Assembly (NCBI GenBank): GCA_964016885.1
Contig: OZ024742.1
Location: 232,500,001-232,564,000, forward strand
Source of the DNA: Eledone cirrhosa
Lineage: Eukaryota
Reading direction: 5' to 3'
Length of the DNA: 64,000 bases
Shown: one piece after another, positions 13,030-26,316 of the stretch
How positions within the stretch are numbered: position 1 is the first letter of the stretch
Layout of the letters: each line of letters begins with the position of its first letter
Program-made: the position numbers and the translations under genes
Notes under the pieces: generated by a model
Seen by the model: only the letters and a program-made list of their open reading frames with translations
Database searches by the model: none
Told to the model about the DNA's origin: nothing

Positions 13030-15566
13030 TTTGCAACACAAACATTGACTATTTGCAACACAAACTTCCAGAAACCTGCCAATCACCTAATAACCTACAA
13101 ATCTGGTGAGCACATAAGCCAGATTGACTTCCTGCTAGTTAGGCAGCGGGACAGGCAGATAGTGTCTAATACCAAGGCATACCCTGGGGAAGAATGTACC
13201 CCACAGCATAGGTTAGTTGTTAGTGATATCTCAGTAAGCAAGAGATGGAATGAGACATATAGGAAGGTGTGGAGAAGAAAGGTCTGGAAGCTAAAAGACC
13301 TTTCACTAAAATTCAAATTTAGGAAAGCCCTTCAAGATGTATATGACGAAAAAGAAGACGATTTAGAGACGTATGACATAGATAATAACTGGAAGTTCTT
13401 ACGTGACAACTTGCTGAAGGCTACTGATGAAACCTGTGGCTGGAGCAGAGCTCCAACCAGACAGAGAGTGACCTGGTGGTGGAACAGCACAGTAGATAAG
13501 GCTATTAGAGACAAAAGACTAGCATGGAAGGCTTGGAAAAAGGGTGGGAGTAGGGAAGAATATACAGCCACTAAGAGAGAAGCTAGACGTCAGGTGTACT
13601 TAGCACGCAGGGAGGCAGAGAGTAGGAGGTTTGCCAATGTTCTGCGACGGGAAGATCAGAGGCGTGCGGTGTTCCACATTGCAAGGCAGTGTGTCAATGC
13701 AAATCAGGATGTTGTTGGTGATAAATGTGTCCAGGATGATGCCGGTGTACTTAGTGTCACGAATGACCAGAAAAAGGAGGCCTGGAAATGTAATTATGAG
13801 AGACTGATGAATGTGGAGAACGAATGGGAGAGAGAGAAATTACCCTTGGTAGATCCGACAGAGGGACCAGCTATTGAGATTGACGAATATAGGGTCCAAG
13901 AGGCGATTAGGGAAATGAAAAATGGTAAGGCGGCCGGACCATCGGGAATAGTTGCTGAGATGCTGAAGGCATCAGGGGACGTAGGCACTAAACTGGTTGC
14001 ACGCATAATCAATCAGGCTATATATGGTGGTGTCATACCCAAAGACTGGTGCAGCAGTATTCTCATAAATTGCTACAAAGGTAAAGGGGATGCTTTGGAG
14101 AGGAGCAATTATAGGGGTATAAAACTGATAGATCAGGTTATGAAAGTGGCAGAAAGGATTTTAGCACAACTAATTAGAGAAAGGGTCAAACTAGATGAGA
14201 TGCAGTTTGGTTTTGTGCCTGGGAAGAGTACAACAGATGCCCTCTTCTTGGTGAGACAAATGCAAGAGAGGTTCTTAGAGAAGAATAAGCCACTGTACTT
14301 AGCCTTTGTTGACCTAGAGAAGGCCTTTGATAGGGTACCCGATCTGTCATCTGGTGGTCCCTAAGGAAGCTGGGTGTTGAGGAATGGCTTGTAAGGACAG
14401 TGCAAACTTTGTACAGAGGTACTCTCAGTAAAGTCAGGGTAGGAATGGAGTTTAGTGAGGAATTCCAGATACAAGTAGGAGTACATCAGGGTTCGGTCCT
14501 CAGCCCGCTCTTGTTCATTATAGTCCTCCAAGCCATAACAGAGGAGTTTAAGACTGGCTGTCCATGGGAACTTCTCTATGCTGACGATCTGGCTCTTATG
14601 GCAGAATCAGTAGAGGAGCTAGAGAATAAATTCCGGCTATGGAAACAGCAGTTGGAAGCAAGAGGACTGAGAGTAAATCTAGCTAAGACAAAAGTGTTGA
14701 TGAGTAGAAAAGAGGACAAAACCCTGATTCCGTCAGGGAAATGGCCATGTTCGATATGCAGAAAAGGAACTGGCATAAATTCTATAAAATGCACACCATG
14801 TAGGTCCTGGGTACACAAGAGATGTAGCGGGATAGCAGGCAAACTAACAGGTAGGGAGAACTATGTATGCAGTAGATGTACAGGGAAATTAGACAGTAGA
14901 AGTCGCACTGATAGACACATTTTTCAAATGCGAGAGGGCGCTATAGAAGTGGTGGATAGCTTCCGGTACCTAGGAGATCAGATTAGCATGGGAGGAGGGT
15001 GTTCCGAGGCCATAGTATCTAGAATAAGGACGGGTTGGAAGAAGTTTAGGGAGCTGCTTCCTCTGTTGACGAAGAAGGGTTTCTCCCTGCGTACGAAAGG
15101 CCGGTTGTATGATGCCTGTGTGAGGAGCGCGATGCTGCATGGTAGTGAGACATGGGCAGCTACCGCAGAAGATATGCGACGGCTGGAGAGAAATGAGGCA
15201 AGCATGCTCCGTTGGATGTGCAGTGTAAATGTGCGTGAACGACCCAGCATAAATGTGTTGAGAGAGAAACTGTGTCTGAGAGGGATAGAATGTAGTGTAC
15301 GGGAGAGGAGACTGAGGTGGTATGGACATGTGATGCGCATGGAGGATGACCGATGGGTGAAGAAGTGCCAGGAAATGCCAGTTGAAGGAAGACGTGGTAG
15401 AGGTAGACCACGAAAAACATGGGCGGAGGTGGTGAGATCATTGAAGCTCACGGTGGAGATGACGAGGGACCGTGACGAGTGGAGAGATGCTGTGCTGAAT
15501 AAGACCCGTCCCACCCTTGCAAGCAGGGAAAAGCGGACGTAAAATGATGATGATGATGATGATGAT
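13030..15566 (+). mobile_element. RTE-clade LINE, 5'-truncated, near-intact ORF2 (end of APE, RT, PHD-type finger), (ATG)n tail
   Basis: ORFs 13024-14364 and 14400-15542 linked by a 1-nt frameshift near 14340; IDFLL, QHRLVV, NYRGIKL, FVDLEKAFDRVP, GVHQGSVLSPLLF, YADD, LHGSETW, RRLRWYGHVMRM, GRPRKTW; possible TSD ATGATTTT (13024-13031 and 15562-15569). Confidence 0.95.
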
Positions 15567-18500
15567 TTTGAATAGTTTACTGATAATGTATTTTGAAAAT
15601 ATATTCACCACAATGCAGATAACTTTAAAATAATAATTGTATAAATCAGGCCAAGAGCCACTGACAACTAACTGTGTTCTTTAGAAGAATTCAAGCCTAT
15701 AGCTAGAAGTATAAACAATTTGAAATGTAGTCCCCCTAATGCATATAACTATAATAATAATCAATCACTATAAATAATAGTTCAGAAAATTGAGTAAAGT
15801 ATCCCTTGGAATGGAAAAAGTGAACAGAGATGCCTGTGTTCCCCTGACATATAAGAGATGCTTGGTTTAATTCCTCATTGAGGGTTGTTACAAGATTTGT
15901 AAATGTACTCTGGTAAGATTTTGTAGCTTCATATGAATAAGTAAAAAGAAGATAACTTTTTGAAGGTAGAGCTAAATAAATCTATTACCTATGAATTTTG
16001 TTCTGTCAAAATGATATGTGAAAATAAAACATCACATTTATATCATATGAAGATAAAATACCACATTGCAGTGTTACTAACTGCAGAACACCAGATTTTG
16101 CAACTATATGAATATAGTGATGCAATTGATATATTTCAAACACAACAATTTATTTATCTTTCCAGAATGGATTCTCATTCTAAATACTACAATAAACCTA
16201 AACTTTTTTTAAAAATTATATTTGATAAAATTATATATGAAACATTTATATAAACTCTTAACATCTTGTGATGATTTAGCAGAAAAATATTAAAAAATGG
16301 GTCTGTTAATTTAGATGTTTATAGTATCTTTTCAAGTGGACAGATTGTTGTTGAAATTTGTAGTATTAGAGTAAAGACTTCAATTTTTAATCTGATTTGG
16401 TCAAAGTGCTGTGAATGTTTTGCTCTTGTAGTTTCATGTTGAACAGCTGAAATAAATACTTTACTAAAAGAATATGACAGTTCTTCAGTTTTTTAGAATG
16501 ATTTATGGAAGCTTCACTGCAGTTTCGCAAAGTCTAATCACTTGTCAGACTGTCGAATTTGTTTTGGTTAATCCTATAAGCTGCATCAAGTTTAGTAGTA
16601 GAAAAGATGAGAAGTTCTAGTATATTTTCACTAACACATTGATTTATATAAAATTGTTGCTTGGTCCTCCCCACTCCCTCAGCCCTATTTGGCAAATCTA
16701 TGATCAAAGGTATTCTGGCCTTGACTATCCTATCTTTTATTCAGACATAGTAAATATATAATAATAATGATAATAATTGTTTCTACTTTAGGCACAAGGC
16801 CAGCAAATACCCAGTGCATTACTGGTACTTTATTTTATCGACCCCGTAAGGATGAAAGGCAAAGTCAACCTCGGCGGGATTTGAACTCAGATCGTAAAGG
16901 GACGTAACTATGCTGGAAAGCATGGCGTCCGACCCTCCACCGATACTGCCAATCCACCGCCCTAATAATGATAATAATGAAAATATTGTGTACAGTGCTC
17001 AGGTGCACTACAACTCACCAAAAGTGTATGTATAGTACAAACGTCAGGAAAATGAGTCATGATATACACATGTGTGCATGTGTATGGAAGGGGGACATCA
17101 GTAAGACTACATTATCAAATGGGTTCTTTGAATGTATTTTTTTTTAAAGATAATAGTGAGTGATTTGAGAGATTTACCTTTTTTTTTTTTTTCGATATAT
17201 TATGATAATATCATGTTGCATTTAAAGAGACTGCAGAAATTACAATTTTTTTATTTCAAAATTTGGTAGTTTATTTTTTGCTACATTACCATCATCTATA
17301 TTTAAAATTTAGACATGAAAATTTTTTGAACTTAGCAATGATTATTTTATATTGATTAATTCTCAACATCCTGTAATGATTTAGCAGAAAATATCTAAAA
17401 CTGGGTCTGTTGATTCAAATAGATAGATTGTTGTGAATGTTTGCAATACATTAAAGTAAAGACTTTAATTTTGAATTTGATGAAGTCATATTGCTGTTTT
17501 GTACTTTTCAAGAATGTCTTGCTAATGCAGTCATATGTAGTACAGGATGTTAAGAGTTAATGTCAAATTTAAATTTAAGTTTCAGAATTGTACTTGTTTG
17601 TTTAGTAAGTGACTTGATTTGAAAACATGTGTTGAATCTAAAGCAATTACATTGTGGAAGAGTCATTTTAGCACACACTGTTAAATTCACTTTACATTCA
17701 TCATTTATTTCATCCCACTCTTTGTAACTTTGTCCTTAATGCAGTTCTATTAAGTTGCAGTAGAATGGTGTTAGGGACACGTTGATGGGGAGGGGGTGGA
17801 CAAAACTTTCAACATAAAATGTAAAGTGAATTTAAGAGTTTTTGTGGGTTTCTTTTTTTATATGGCTAAAATGACTCTTTTGTGGTGTAAATGTTTCAAT
17901 TTAAATATCATTAATTAAATGATAAGTATTGCCTTTCATCCTTACAGGGTCGATAAAATAAAGTACCAGTAATACACTGGGTAATTGCTGGCCTTGTGCC
18001 AAAAGTAGAAACAATTAATTAAATGATAAGTTGAGGCTATTCTTTAAAAACTGGTTTTAATAGACATCATAAGCCAGGAAGAGTACATCATTCTACTAAA
18101 ATGTTATAAGGAGGTATACTAAATTTTGACCCTGCATTGGTAAAATGTGTTTTGGGTATTTTAATTTTTTTTTCCACTTTATCAGAAGTAATGATACTTA
18201 GATCTACAACAAATATTTCTTTCTTGAATATTTTTAATAAAAGCTTTGATCTGAAAATATATGTTGAAGCTAATATTGATGTATTTTCAAAGAGTCATTA
18301 TTATCAATAATTAATGCATGTAACTATTGTTTTTTTATTCATATCTTTTTCCTTTCATTGTCTGATTATATCTACCTACATTTTTTTTGTCTTACCCCTA
18401 TGATCTGTTCATTGATCTCTGCTGTATCTCTTGATTGACCGTTTCTTATATTCTGAGTTTTATTTATTTATTTCTATTTTCTTTCAATTCTTATATTGTT

Positions 18501-19224
18501 GTTTTGTTTATTTACTCTTTCTATTTTCTATTTGTGTTACTAATATCTTTTTTTAAATTTCTGTAAATCAAAGACACTACATTTATAATAGATGAAGTAC
18601 TATTATTCTTTCAAAAGTACATTTATTGGCTATTTTTGTCAACATGTATATTATCTGAGATTTTAGGTTTATGTTATTCCTTAATGTTCTCATGTCATTG
18701 GTGATGTCCCCTTTCCTTTATTCAATGTAAACCCAACATCGCTGTTGTTTTTATCCTTGTATTGTCCCCAATGTCCTGGACCCTTATGGCCAGTAAAAGA
18801 AATCATTAATTAATGCCACAGTCTACCAGCTATTACACTCACATTTCACATTGCTATTATGTTATTAAATGATCAAATTTATGCATTTACCAATATAAAG
18901 ACCACCAACAATCTCATTGCAATTTGTTATCACTACCAAAAATGTTCTTTCCCATACCATGATTAACTCGACTAATGTGACAAAGAGGAATTGCAAATGA
19001 GATAAAAGTGCAAAGATGTAAAGAGAATAGATTATAATCATTATTTCTTCTTTCTGAAGGGCAGTGGATTGGCAGTATCAGTAGAGGGTCGGACGTTATG
19101 TTTTGCAGCATAGAGTTATGGCCCTTTACGGCCCGAGTTCAAATCCTTACGGGGTCGCTAAAATAAAGCACCAGTAATGCACTGGGATAATTGCTGGCCT
19201 TGTCCCAAAAGTTGAAACAATTAT

Positions 19225-21060
19225 TTCTTCTTTCTTGGGCTGTTCTTTTGCTGTATTACTAAACCAAGAGGATGGGTTATAACTAAAGACTGAGGAACTA
19301 TTGGTTACTTTCTCTTGGGGTCTATGTTCCCATCACCCTACTCAAAATTCTAGCTATTCTTAGGAGTGCCGTTTTCTGGCGGAATACTACCTTTGCTTAG
19401 ATCCCAAGTTTTTCTATTCAATTTTCTAAGTTCTTGGTCACACAACCAAGAACACCTATCACTATTGGCAGTATCGGTAGAGGGTTGGACGCCATGCTTT
19501 CTAGCATAGTTACGTCCCTTTACAGTCTGAGTTCAAATCCCGTCGAGGTTAACTTTGCCTTTCACCCTTACGGGGTCAATAAAATAAAGTACCAGTAATG
19601 TACTGGGTAATTGCTGGCCTTGTGCCAAAAGTAGAAACAACTATTAGGTATGATTTCAACATTTCTCAAGTTCCCTATTCTTTGGACTTCAGTTCTAAGG
19701 TCCTAGTATTTCTCAACTTTCTCTGTTTCTTTTGGGTATATCCTCTTATATCTAGGAATGGCGACATCAATAATTCAACATATTCTCTCTCTTATTCCTA
19801 TTACAACTATGTCAGATCTCTTTGTTGTTAAATTATTGGACTATATAGTCATATCCCATACAACCTTTACATCATCATACTCAACTACTCCCTCTAGTTG
19901 ATGTTCATATCACTGTTCATTTTATTCCAGATGATTCTTTCCACAAAGCTTCCATTGGATAATCACAGCAACAGTATTGTGTCTTCTCTTGTAATCTCTT
20001 TGGCCTAATTTGTGGCATCCACTAATGATGTGACACTCAGTCTTTTCACTACATAGCCCACATAAGGGTGAATCTACAGTTTTATCTATTTTGTTTTTAT
20101 CAAGTTGGTTCTGATTGCTTGCTCTTAAGTAGAGAAAATTAGTGCTTCAGTTGTTGTTTTGAGGTTAGAGTTCTTTAACAATTCCCAAGACTTCCCCTTA
20201 TGGGTTGTGTTTGGCATTTCTCTCACAAATTGCCCTTACACTATTTTTTCTTAACTTAGTATTTTCAGTATCAGTGACACCACTTCTTTTTACTGCTTTT
20301 AACAATAATTCTTTAAATTCCTGATATACCAAGCAAGGTTATTCTTTTCAGTCCCCACACTCTATTAATCCTCTTCCCCCTTTCTTCCTTGCTACATATA
20401 TTCTATCTACATCACTTTTAAGGTGGAATCCTCCACACATGGTCATCAATTTCCTTACCTTTCTACCAAGGCATTTTAGCTCTTCTACTGACCATTTCAC
20501 AATTCCTGCACTTAAGTTTCGACTTAAGTACACATTGTTACCCTTCTTTTGTATTCCTTTGAAAATGCCTTCCTTATATCTTTTTCCTTAATCTGATCAT
20601 ATTCTAGTACACCTAGATACCTATATCCTTCTTCTTCAATGTCCTTGATCCATTGGGCAACTCCACTCCTTCAGATTACTCAGTGATCTCTTAATGAAAT
20701 CCATTATGTTGTCAAAAATCTGTGACAGTTCTAAACTTTTTAAAATCCAAGAATTGGGGACCATATTATAAGTTTTTTATAATTGATCCACTCCATTCCC
20801 AAATTCGTGTGTCCCCTCTTTAAGTACCCTTCTACCAAAGAGGAGCTGATCCTTTTTCTATGGCTTTTCTTCCTATAACTTTTCTGTTTCACAGGTAGTT
20901 TCTCATTGGCTTCAAGGAATTCATATACACATTCAGAAATGATTCCCATCATTAGCTTCCACATAAGGCATAAGCAAGAGATCAGTCTATAATTATCAAC
21001 AGTATTCCCTTTCATATGATCTTTTTGGCACAAGACTGCCTTTCCCATGGCCATCCACTA
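19225..21060 (-). mobile_element. Decayed R4/Dong-like non-LTR element (RT and C-terminal RLE-region remnants), interrupted by a SINE at about 19467-19642
   Basis: Remnants QKD..KG....NYR.I.CL..MWKL, DVDRIY..RKKGGRGL and downstream out-of-frame pieces resembling the Zn-knuckle/RLE region. Confidence 0.65.
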
Positions 21061-22261
21061 TTATAGTGAGGATTGTAAATGAGCCTACTCTGAACATGCG
21101 ATGTAGGCTAGTTGATTTGAGGAGGCAAGGGGTGCCCTTGAAGCGTCGGATGGTTGAGGATTGGTGGGGCGCCTGAGTTGCCCCTGGGTGGTTCTCCCCC
21201 TACTGAGGAATTCTTATTGTTAATTTTTTTTGTTTTTTTTACTTAATTTTATTGTAAACCCCCACTGTCCCTGTCTTTTTGTCTTGTCCCCTATATGTGG
21301 GCCCTAGTGACCAATAAAGAAATTATTATTATTATTATAAGGGCAGTGGATTGGCAGTATCAGTAGAGGTTCGGACGCCATGCTTTGCAGCATAGAGTTA
21401 CGGCCCTTTACGGTCTGTGTTCAAATCCCACCGAGGTTAACTTTGCCTTTCATCCTTACGGGGTCGATAAAATAAAGTACCAGTAATGCACTGGGATAAT
21501 TGCTGGCCTTGTGCCAAAAGTGGAAACATTATTATTATTACAAGAGTAATAATTGTTTCTACTTTTAGGCACAAGGCCAGCAATTACCCAGTACATTACT
21601 GGTACTTTATTTTATCGACCCCGTAAGGATGAAAGGCAAAGTTAACCTCGGCGGGATTTGAACTCAGTCTGTAAAGGGACGTAACTATGCTAGAAAACAT
21701 GGCGTAATTATTACAAGAGTAATAATATGCCTATATAAGAAACAATTATTATTATTATTAGAGGGCAGTGGTTTGGCAGTATTGGTAGGTCGGACGCCAT
21801 ACAATTATTATTATTAACTGCCTAGGAGTGGTGGATTGGCAGTATTGGTAGAGAGTCGGACACCATGCATTGACGCATAGAGTTATGGCCCTTGCCATTC
21901 TGCGTTCAAATCCTGCCGAGGTTAACTTTTCCTTTCATCCTTACGGGGTCGATAAAATAATGTACCAGTAATGCACTGGGATAATTGCTGGCCTTGTGCC
22001 AAAAGTAGAAACAATTATTAACAGTCTAGAGCAGTGGCTTGGAAGAATTGTTAGTGCATCAGATGAAATGCATTGCAGTATTTCATTACAGCCCTTTATC
22101 TTCTGGTTTCAAATCCTGCCGAGCTCAACTTTACCCTTCAACTGCGCCTAAATTAGAAATTATTATTTACAGTTATATTATCGTTTCATTGAAACTTTGT
22201 CAATTGTTAAATAGATGAAATGTTATGAAGTAGTTTAAGTATTTAAGGTGTATGCTTTCAG

Positions 22262-22337
22262 ATGGTATGTGGAGAGGAACTAAATTAATCAATTTGAAGA
22301 ATATTGTTGATGGCGCCTTCCAACTTTGTAAGAAAAG
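22262..22337 (+). CDS. ACSS2: Acetyl-CoA synthetase exon (DGMWRGTKLINLKNIVDGAFQLCKK)
   Basis: ttcAG acceptor, GTatgc donor; 76 nt, phase 1 to 2; ACS 'D...RG.K...LK...D.A' motif. Confidence 0.92.
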
Positions 22338-23019
22338 GTATGCTTTATTAAAATCTCTGTATGTGTGTGTGAGTATGTGTGTATATATATATATACATAT
22401 GTATATATGTTTGTGTGTTTATGTATGTTTCTATGTATGTATGTATGTATAACTACAGGCAACAGCATTCTAATCAAAGTGTGTATACATTTTTTGGAAC
22501 ACCCTCTATATTCACTGTGATAATTATCTCCACTTTTCTTTGAGAATTATTAACAATTGCTGTGATCAGTTGATAACATACTCATTGAAAGTTCATTCCT
22601 ACCAAATTCTAAGAAACCAAAGAAAAATAGTACCAACATAAAACTGAGGAATGTTTTGGACAAGGTGAGTAGCACCATTGTGTAATATGGTCCTACTCAT
22701 AGAAAGATGTTCATCAACTGACCAAGTGTAGTGATGAAGCTCCATGGAAGCAAAATATCATCACCATTTAATGCTTATTTTCCATGCTTACATAGGTTAG
22801 ATGGGTTGTCATGTACTGAGACAATTCAGATCAGGTGACCTTGTGTTGTTCATATGATCCATTTTTTTGTGTTTTATTTTTTTTTTACAACTGGATGCCC
22901 TTCCTAATGAAACCACAGACAGGCATATACTGAGAGCTTTTTTCATGGTGCCACCACTACCACCTTAAAGGATGGACTGCATACTTTTCTTTGCTCAAGT
23001 CAATGAGTAACAACCTTTC

Positions 23020-23390
23020 TATTGTTGGTGTCACAATAAAATACACTCATTCCACATGGTTAAGTGGTAGTGCTGGTGTCAATAAAATACCCCCAGTCCA
23101 TGCTGTAAAGTGCTATCGCTGATATCACAATAAAACACACTTTATCCATGCTGTCACAATAAAAGGCATCATGTCCATGCTGTAAAGTGGGAGTGTTGGT
23201 GTCACAACAAAATGAACCCTGTCCATACTGTAAAGTGGTTATGCTGGTGTCACAATAAAATGAACCCTGTCCATGCTATAAAGTAGTTATGCTGGTGTCA
23301 CAATAAAACAGACCCTGTCCATGCTATATAAAGTGGTTGTGCTGCTGTCAATAAAATGCACTCAGTACATGCTGTAACGTTTTTGGCATT
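23020..23390 (+). repeat. Degenerate ~45-bp minisatellite (GCTGGTGTCACAATAAAA...GTCCATGCTGTAAAGTGG), about 8 units; a similar array lies at about 60290-60440
   Basis: Repeated units visible directly; the unit resembles the subrepeat in the RTE/SINE 3' UTR. Confidence 0.75.
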
Positions 23391-23433
23391 AGAAAGGGCA
23401 CCTAACTGTAGAAAAGGAAATGTATGAACAAGA

Positions 23434-23775
23434 TGGAGGCACATGGCTTAGTGGTTAGAGCATTGGCCTTGCAATCGAAAGGTTGTGAGTTCAATTCTCA
23501 GACCGGGTGATGTGTTGTTTCCTTGAGCAAGACACTTTATTTCACATTGCTCCAGTTTACTCAGCTGTAGAAATGAGATGATAGGGACTGGGGTCCATAT
23601 CATTCCACTGTAAAGTGGACGTGTAGGTGCCACGGCAAAAAAGCACCCAGCACTCACTGTAAATGAGGCTGGTGTAAGGAAGGGCATCCAGCTGTAGAAA
23701 TCAAGCCAGAATCAGTTCCCGTCCCACCCTTACAAGCAGGGAAAAAGCGGACGTAAAATGAAATGATGATGATGA
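23434..23775 (+). mobile_element. Second SINE family: tRNA-derived head with RTE-derived 3' tail
   Basis: TGGCTTAGTGG A box, GAGTTCAATTC B box; 3' end cccgtcccacccttacaagcaggg...gcggacgtaaaatg(atg)n matches the RTE end at 15505-15565. Confidence 0.8.
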
Positions 23776-24010
23776 AGATGTGGTCATCTGACCTGTCTAG
23801 TCGCAAAATCTGACAACTCTTTCAACCCATACCAGCATGATAAATGATGATGGTGATGATAAATGTAGCGGGCCAGAACAAATTTCACCGGGCATTTTCT
23901 CTGATGTTCTAATGACTCTGTTAATTCTCCACCTAAATTCTGTTTTTTTCTGTTCAATATTTTTTTCGATTCAAATCACTACCATTTTAGTATGATTTAA
24001 TATTTTTCAG

Positions 24011-24125
24011 TGGCTATAATATTGATCATTGTATTGTTGTGCGTCACCTCAGTCCTAACGAACAACATAACAAAAACAATTCTGTTCCACAAGTTCCTGG
24101 AAAACGCCCATGTTATGATCTTAAG
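24011..24125 (+). CDS. ACSS2: Acetyl-CoA synthetase exon (SGYNIDHCIVVRHL...PGKRPCYDLK)
   Basis: tttcAG / GTaaat; 115 nt, phase 2 to 0; CIVV.HL followed by a P.KR.C insert resembling animal cytosolic ACSS2. Confidence 0.88.
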
Positions 24126-26188
24126 GTAAATTCATTTTTGTTGATTATTTTCTTGCTCTAGTCATGAAAGCATGTGGATTCACAATTATAAAGTTATTAT
24201 TATAATTGTTTAAAAAATATAATAATATAATGCTTACAGAACAAAAGCACAAACAAATATAAGATATACAAAAAAAGGGGGAAAGGAAAAATAGAAAGAG
24301 GAAAAAAACAGAAAAAACCACATAAGCACTTAATACACACATCTAGGACCACATACAGCAAAAGGCAGGTGAAAGGGGTGGACAAACGAGCCGCTACCAG
24401 AGCAAAAAGTTGTGGGTTCAATTCCTGAACTGAGCAGCATGTTGCATTCTTGAGCAAGACATTTCATTTTCTTCACATTGCTTTTCATAATAGGACTGGG
24501 GTCCCTATTATTAAAATACCTGAGAAATTTCCTATGAGATTCAACCTTGTTGGAGGCAGCTAAAGTCTACAATGAAATGTTCTGTAAATTTCATTTCAAT
24601 TGCTAATTGAACACTTTATCAATTAATTATAAATAGAGATACATTTATGGCCATTTGTTGAAATTTACTTGTAGATATTTCTGCTTTCTTTTGACAACAC
24701 TAAACATAACATTTTTGTAAAATAAAATGAGTCTTGCATCATTGTCATCAGCAGCAGTGGCAGTGGCAGTGGAAGCGTTGTCATTATTTTTACATCTGTT
24801 TTTCCATGCTTGCATGGGTTGGACAGATCCTCCTTAACACAACATCTCTAATTAGGTCACCTAGATAGCAGAAACTATCAACTACTTCTATGGACCCTTC
24901 CTGTGACTGGAAAAGGTTTATATCACTGGCATTCTTCTCCTTGATTGAATCAACTAGAGCACTTGTCAGAAAATGCAGAGGTCCAACAACACCCCCGTCA
25001 CTGTGAACATATCAAACCAACTCCAGTATCAACAAACAGATACTAATATGAAGTGGGAGATATATCACACTTATAATTATAAGCATCAACAGACTAAAAT
25101 AGGTATAAAAAGTGAGTGAAAGGGGATGGGAAGTAAGCTGGGATATTCATTGATATCAATGAAGATGTTGATAACTGATAAATCAATTACTCAAATGTCA
25201 TTACCATCCCAATTTTAGGCTAACCATATCCAGTAACATTTGCATCAGCCAAATTATACATTTTACCAATTGTACACACATAACTAACACACTTCAAGCT
25301 GACATTCCTTTAACACTTTAGCATTTAAACCGACCGTATCCGGCCAGAATTCTCTCACTTCTTTGTTTAAACCGGTCGTAACTGGCTGCTCATCCTACAT
25401 TAAGGTATTTTTCTCAAAATAAATGATATCAACATCTCATAGATTCGATATTATGTGAGGTAAAGCCTTTACCGTGAATATACAATAGTAAATATAGAGT
25501 AATGTAAATGTTAAAGGGTTAATATACTAGGTAAATTTAATTAACCCTTTCAATACCAAACCATTTTACACCACCCTTATTTTATGATACGCATCTGCTC
25601 ATTTTTAAATGTTCGTTATATTAAAGCCTTCCATCATAATTTCCTTTAAGAAATTTTTCTTCAGTAATGTTTTAAACATCAGCTTACTAATGAAAAAGTT
25701 AGTTATCTCATTAAATTCTTAAAATTTTCACAATTAATTGTTATACACAGTGTATTTCATTAGAAATATAGCAAGAAAAGGGTTAATATGTTAAGAAGTA
25801 AACAAAGATCTTTCTCACAAGTGCTAACATTGTAAGTGTGGCTGGCCGAAGGATGAAAACTAGAATACCAAACAAAATAAATTGTATTAGAAATATTATG
25901 CTGAAACGGTTTGTGTAGAGTCCTTGCTATAGTTAATAAAATGTCTTCCATTATATATTTCATTCTTCCGGGGTCAATAAAGTACAGTCCCAGTACTGGG
26001 ATTCATTTGATCAACTTAGCTCTCTGTCCAAAATTTGCTGGCCTAATTCCTAAAAGCGGACGTAAAATGATGATGATGATGATATATATTTGACAATTTT
26101 TTTTTATATTTGTTTTGTCTGCAATATTGCTCTTAAAAAAATATTAATTTTTAAACATTTCAATTTTGATATACTCTTTATTGCATAG

Positions 26189-26316
26189 ATTACCTGGGAT
26201 AGCAGTCGAGATACATGGTGGCATGACTTAATGTCTGGCAAAACTGATGAAGCATCAAAGAAATGTCCTCCAGTCTGGTGTGATGCTGAGGATCCTCTGT
26301 TTATGTTATACACAAG
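26189..26316 (+). CDS. ACSS2: Acetyl-CoA synthetase exon ([15 protein letters not shown]...[14 protein letters not shown])
   Basis: catAG / GTagag; 128 nt, phase 0 to 2; AEDPLF.LYTS leads into the AMP-binding P-loop. Confidence 0.95.

Noticed and set aside
14576-15514. Antisense ORFs over RTE copies (also 48899-49903, 30265-30498, 33100-33495)
   Set aside because: Shadow frames of the LINE ORF2 with no independent protein signature
7764-22261. A third copy of the alternative ACSS2 exon
   Set aside because: None seen by eye; a tblastn with both peptides, including the region upstream of the window, is needed to exclude one
23020-23390. CRISPR-like array
   Set aside because: Units are degenerate tandem copies without unique spacers; no cas genes; eukaryotic context
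23434-23510. tRNA gene
   Set aside because: A and B boxes are present but there is no clean acceptor stem, and the sequence continues into a SINE body and RTE tail
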